25,967 bases of DNA, taken from an uncultured Bacilli bacterium. Lineage in GTDB: Bacteria; Bacillota_I; Bacilli_A; RF39; UBA660. Shown one piece after another: positions 23,422-25,967 of this stretch; position 1 is the stretch's first letter; every line of letters starts with the position of its first letter. The notes below the pieces were generated by a model. That model saw only the letters and a list, made by a program, of their open reading frames with translations, was not told where the DNA came from and searched no databases. The stretch covers positions 1-25,967 of the forward strand of contig CAJTUR010000022.1 in NCBI GenBank assembly GCA_910579535.1, in the 5' to 3' direction. The position numbers and the translations under genes were made by a program.

Positions 23422-24699
23422 TTATTCTTTAGGTTTTAAAATCGTCACTTCCATATTTTTAAGATCAATTTTTTCCATAACTTGTAAAACTTTATCAAAC
23501 GTTATAGACTCAATATGTTCTTTTAAATCATCGACAATCTCTCCATAAGAAATAATCTCCTCTTGCATCATTTCATTAACATTTTGAATATCATCATAGT
23601 TTAAAACTAAAGTAGCAATACTTGAATTAATTTTTCTTTTAAAATTTTCTTCTGTCATTTTTAATTTCTTAAATTGATTCTTCACTTCTTTAATAGCATA
23701 CTCAGGATAACTGGTTTCCATTGAAACCGTTAATAAAACATACTCTCCACAAAAATGACGATTAAAACTTAAATAATGAATCAACTCTTTTTCCATTAGC
23801 TCTTCTTTTAAATCACTTGTTGAACCAAAATTACTATTTAAAATCAAAGACATAATGACCCTTAGTTCAATTGGATCCACCATTTTAAAATTACTAATAG
23901 GTGTTTTTATCGTAATTTTAACTTTTGTATTTTCAACATTTCCAGTTATTTCACATTTTTCTTTGACCACATTTACAGGTTCTTTAATTTTCTTCATCTT
24001 TGGATGACGATAATTTGGAATCTTTTTTTTCTTTAATTGGTTTTCTGTTACCTTAAAAATATCATAAGGATTAACATTCCCTGTTACAATTAAAAACATA
24101 TTCTCTGGATGATAAAACGTATCAAAAATCAACTCTATATCTTCTAAAGTAATTTTTTTTATGTCCTCTTTTTCTCCAGTAATAATTTCTTTGTATTTAT
24201 ATTTATGAAAAACATTTTCATAGTTTTTATAAAAAATCTGACTCTCTGGAGAATCCTTTTGCATGCCTAACTCTTCTAAAATAATATTTCTTTCTTTATT
24301 GACATTTTTTTTATTAAAACAAGGGGTTAATACAAATTCTAACAAATGCTCTAAATTTTCTTTAATGGCTTGAGTAGTATAAACATGATAGCAAGTGTAC
24401 TCAAACGTTGTAAAAGCATTAACATCACTTCCATACTGATTAAAAAAATCCGTTGCGGTGGTTCCATCGGGTTCATAAAACTTTAAATGTTCTATAAAAT
24501 GAGCAATCCCACTAGGTACTTTATGGTACTTCACTTCATTATTATTCTTAAACTCTTGATGAATTGAACCATATTTTACACCAAGAGCCATAAACGTTCC
24601 TTTGACTTTATCATTTTTTAAAACATACGTTGGCATTTTATCTAAAATCTTCTCATACCAAACGCTTTCATCTAATCCTTTTAAAACAATTTCTCTCAT
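23422..24699 (-). CDS. M16-family zinc peptidase, catalytic subunit type (YmfH-like)
   Basis: The inverted zinc motif HFIEH (HxxEH) has a downstream ERNIILEE glutamate region. The start overlaps the upstream gene stop (ATGA). Confidence 0.85.
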   Translation of the reverse strand: MREIVLKGLDESVWYEKILDKMPTYVLKNDKVKGTFMALGVKYGSIHQEFKNNNEVKYHKVPSGIAHFIEHLKFYEPDGTTATDFFNQYGSDVNAFTTFEYTCYHVYTTQAIKENLEHLLEFVLTPCFNKKNVNKERNIILEELGMQKDSPESQIFYKNYENVFHKYKYKEIITGEKEDIKKITLEDIELIFDTFYHPENMFLIVTGNVNPYDIFKVTENQLKKKKIPNYRHPKMKKIKEPVNVVKEKCEITGNVENTKVKITIKTPISNFKMVDPIELRVIMSLILNSNFGSTSDLKEELMEKELIHYLSFNRHFCGEYVLLTVSMETSYPEYAIKEVKNQFKKLKMTEENFKRKINSSIATLVLNYDDIQNVNEMMQEEIISYGEIVDDLKEHIESITFDKVLQVMEKIDLKNMEVTILKPKE

Positions 24700-25967
24700 T
24701 TGTCATCCCCCTTACTTTCGAGTTCATAAACAAAATTAATTTTAAATTTTTTGCCTAAATTGACTAAATCTTTTATCGTAACCAATTCGTATTTTTCTTT
24801 TAAATCCTTATATAAAGGCGTTCCCGTAATACTATGAAAAGTATAGTTATTCATCAAACTGTTTTGATTATCAACAACAATATCTAAAGAAGTATAGAGT
24901 TGTTTTTTAGCGGTTTCAAACTCTTCTTTACTAATCTTACCACTCATCATCTCTTTCATACTCTTTTTAATAAGCTTAATGGCTAAGGACACGTTCTTTT
25001 TATCTAAACCGACATAAACATAAAACATATTATCGTACTTTGAAACAATCGACGATACACTATAACAAAGTTCATTTTCTTCCCTTAAAGCCTTATATAG
25101 CTTCGAATTTAAACCACTACTACATAAAATCTCATCAAATAAAGTCAATGTAATAAAACGTTCTTCCCTTGTTAAATCTCTCATATTAAAACCAACAACT
25201 AAACTGGTTTGATTAAAATCAGCCGTTTCTTTTACCTTTAACTCACGACTTCTTCTTTTATTGTCAATATAAGGATCTAAAGCATGATTCTTCATGCATC
25301 GGTTATGAAAACACGCTCCAATAATTTTGTTCACTTCATCCATGTCTAAATTTCCAATAATATAAATGTTACACAAACTCTTAGAATAAAATTTATGATA
25401 ATACTCATATAAAGCTTCTGGTGTAATTTTTAAAACTTCTTCTTTCGTTCCTAAGATACTTTTTGATGTAATGGAATCCTTATCCATATGATATAAAGCT
25501 CTTCTAAAAGCATAATTAACTGGATTTTCTTTAATCGATTCTATATCCGCTAGAATTCTTTTTTGAATAATTTTAAACGTTCTGTCATCAAAACTTTTAT
25601 CCAAAACATTTGGATTTTCAATAACTTCAAAAGGAAATTGTAAAACATTTTTTAAATATTGCTCATCTTGAACATAACTTGGATTTAAAAAATCTAAAAC
25701 AAAATTCGACAAAACCATATTTCCAACTTTACTCGTCACACCGTAGAAAAAAGATTGATACAATTCTTCTAATTTAATGACAATATCCTTACGTTTTGGG
25801 TATTTTTTAGACGAATGGCAAAGCATATCCACTAAAAAGTTTCTCAAAACAAGCTCTTCTGAACAAGCATTATCATAAAACATAATTTCCATATGACAAT
25901 TTTTAAACTTATCCGTTTTAATTGTATAAACATTATAAGTATCAAATTCAAACTTTTTGTATTTCAT
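24696..25967 (-). CDS. M16-family peptidase-like protein lacking the HxxEH motif (YmfF-like, probable non-catalytic partner)
   Basis: 423 aa with an M16 fold pattern, but the HxxEH position reads DMLCHSS. The ATG sits exactly at the window edge (25965-25967). Confidence 0.75.
   Translation of the reverse strand: MKYKKFEFDTYNVYTIKTDKFKNCHMEIMFYDNACSEELVLRNFLVDMLCHSSKKYPKRKDIVIKLEELYQSFFYGVTSKVGNMVLSNFVLDFLNPSYVQDEQYLKNVLQFPFEVIENPNVLDKSFDDRTFKIIQKRILADIESIKENPVNYAFRRALYHMDKDSITSKSILGTKEEVLKITPEALYEYYHKFYSKSLCNIYIIGNLDMDEVNKIIGACFHNRCMKNHALDPYIDNKRRSRELKVKETADFNQTSLVVGFNMRDLTREERFITLTLFDEILCSSGLNSKLYKALREENELCYSVSSIVSKYDNMFYVYVGLDKKNVSLAIKLIKKSMKEMMSGKISKEEFETAKKQLYTSLDIVVDNQNSLMNNYTFHSITGTPLYKDLKEKYELVTIKDLVNLGKKFKINFVYELESKGDDK

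Noticed and set aside
1-25967. Mobile elements, prophage, CRISPR arrays, defence islands and alternative genetic code
   Set aside because: No transposase, integrase or recombinase motifs, no direct-repeat/spacer arrays and no flanking inverted repeats were seen. The tRNA has no adjacent integrase. TGA terminates at least two well-supported genes (14438 and 16212), so the standard bacterial code applies.

Overview
Very AT-rich chromosomal segment that reads as core genome of a low-GC, anaerobic, spore-forming Firmicute. The Erysipelotrichia/Clostridia-like assignment is inferred from sigG, ylmC/ymxH, a CIRCE operator, class III RNR and composition. TGA is used as a stop codon, so this is genetic code 11, not a Mollicute code. 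I call 30 protein genes, 26 of them on the minus strand, plus one tRNA-Glu(CUC). I see no transposase, integrase, CRISPR array, rRNA or recognisable phage or defence module. Recognisable content, in order: rhomboid protease; lspA-rluD; ylmC/ymxH; a strongly promoted secreted protein of unknown function; nrdD-nrdG-dut; a divergent Crp/Fnr regulator; sigG; two tandem HipA-like kinase-core paralogs; LMW phosphatase; ABC-2 transporter (ATPase + permease); D-Ala-D-Ala carboxypeptidase; YtxH; AI-2E transporter-hypothetical-TtcA-like operon; rhodanese lipoprotein; VOC protein; AraC regulator; lipoprotein; CIRCE-controlled Hsp20; a lysine-rich membrane protein; and an M16 peptidase pair. I cannot point to a clear multi-gene novel system. 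The best candidates for follow-up are: (1) a perfect-consensus promoter whose 19-nt spacer contains a G10 tract upstream of the ABC transporter, a phase-variation-like design; (2) the tandem partner-less HipA-like kinases, each with its own duplicated promoter; (3) a perfect 22-bp palindrome at about -41.5 of the nrdDG promoter, shared with the divergent Crp/Fnr gene; (4) two uncharacterised envelope proteins (454 aa and 406 aa). All functional calls rest on motif recognition by eye, with no database search.
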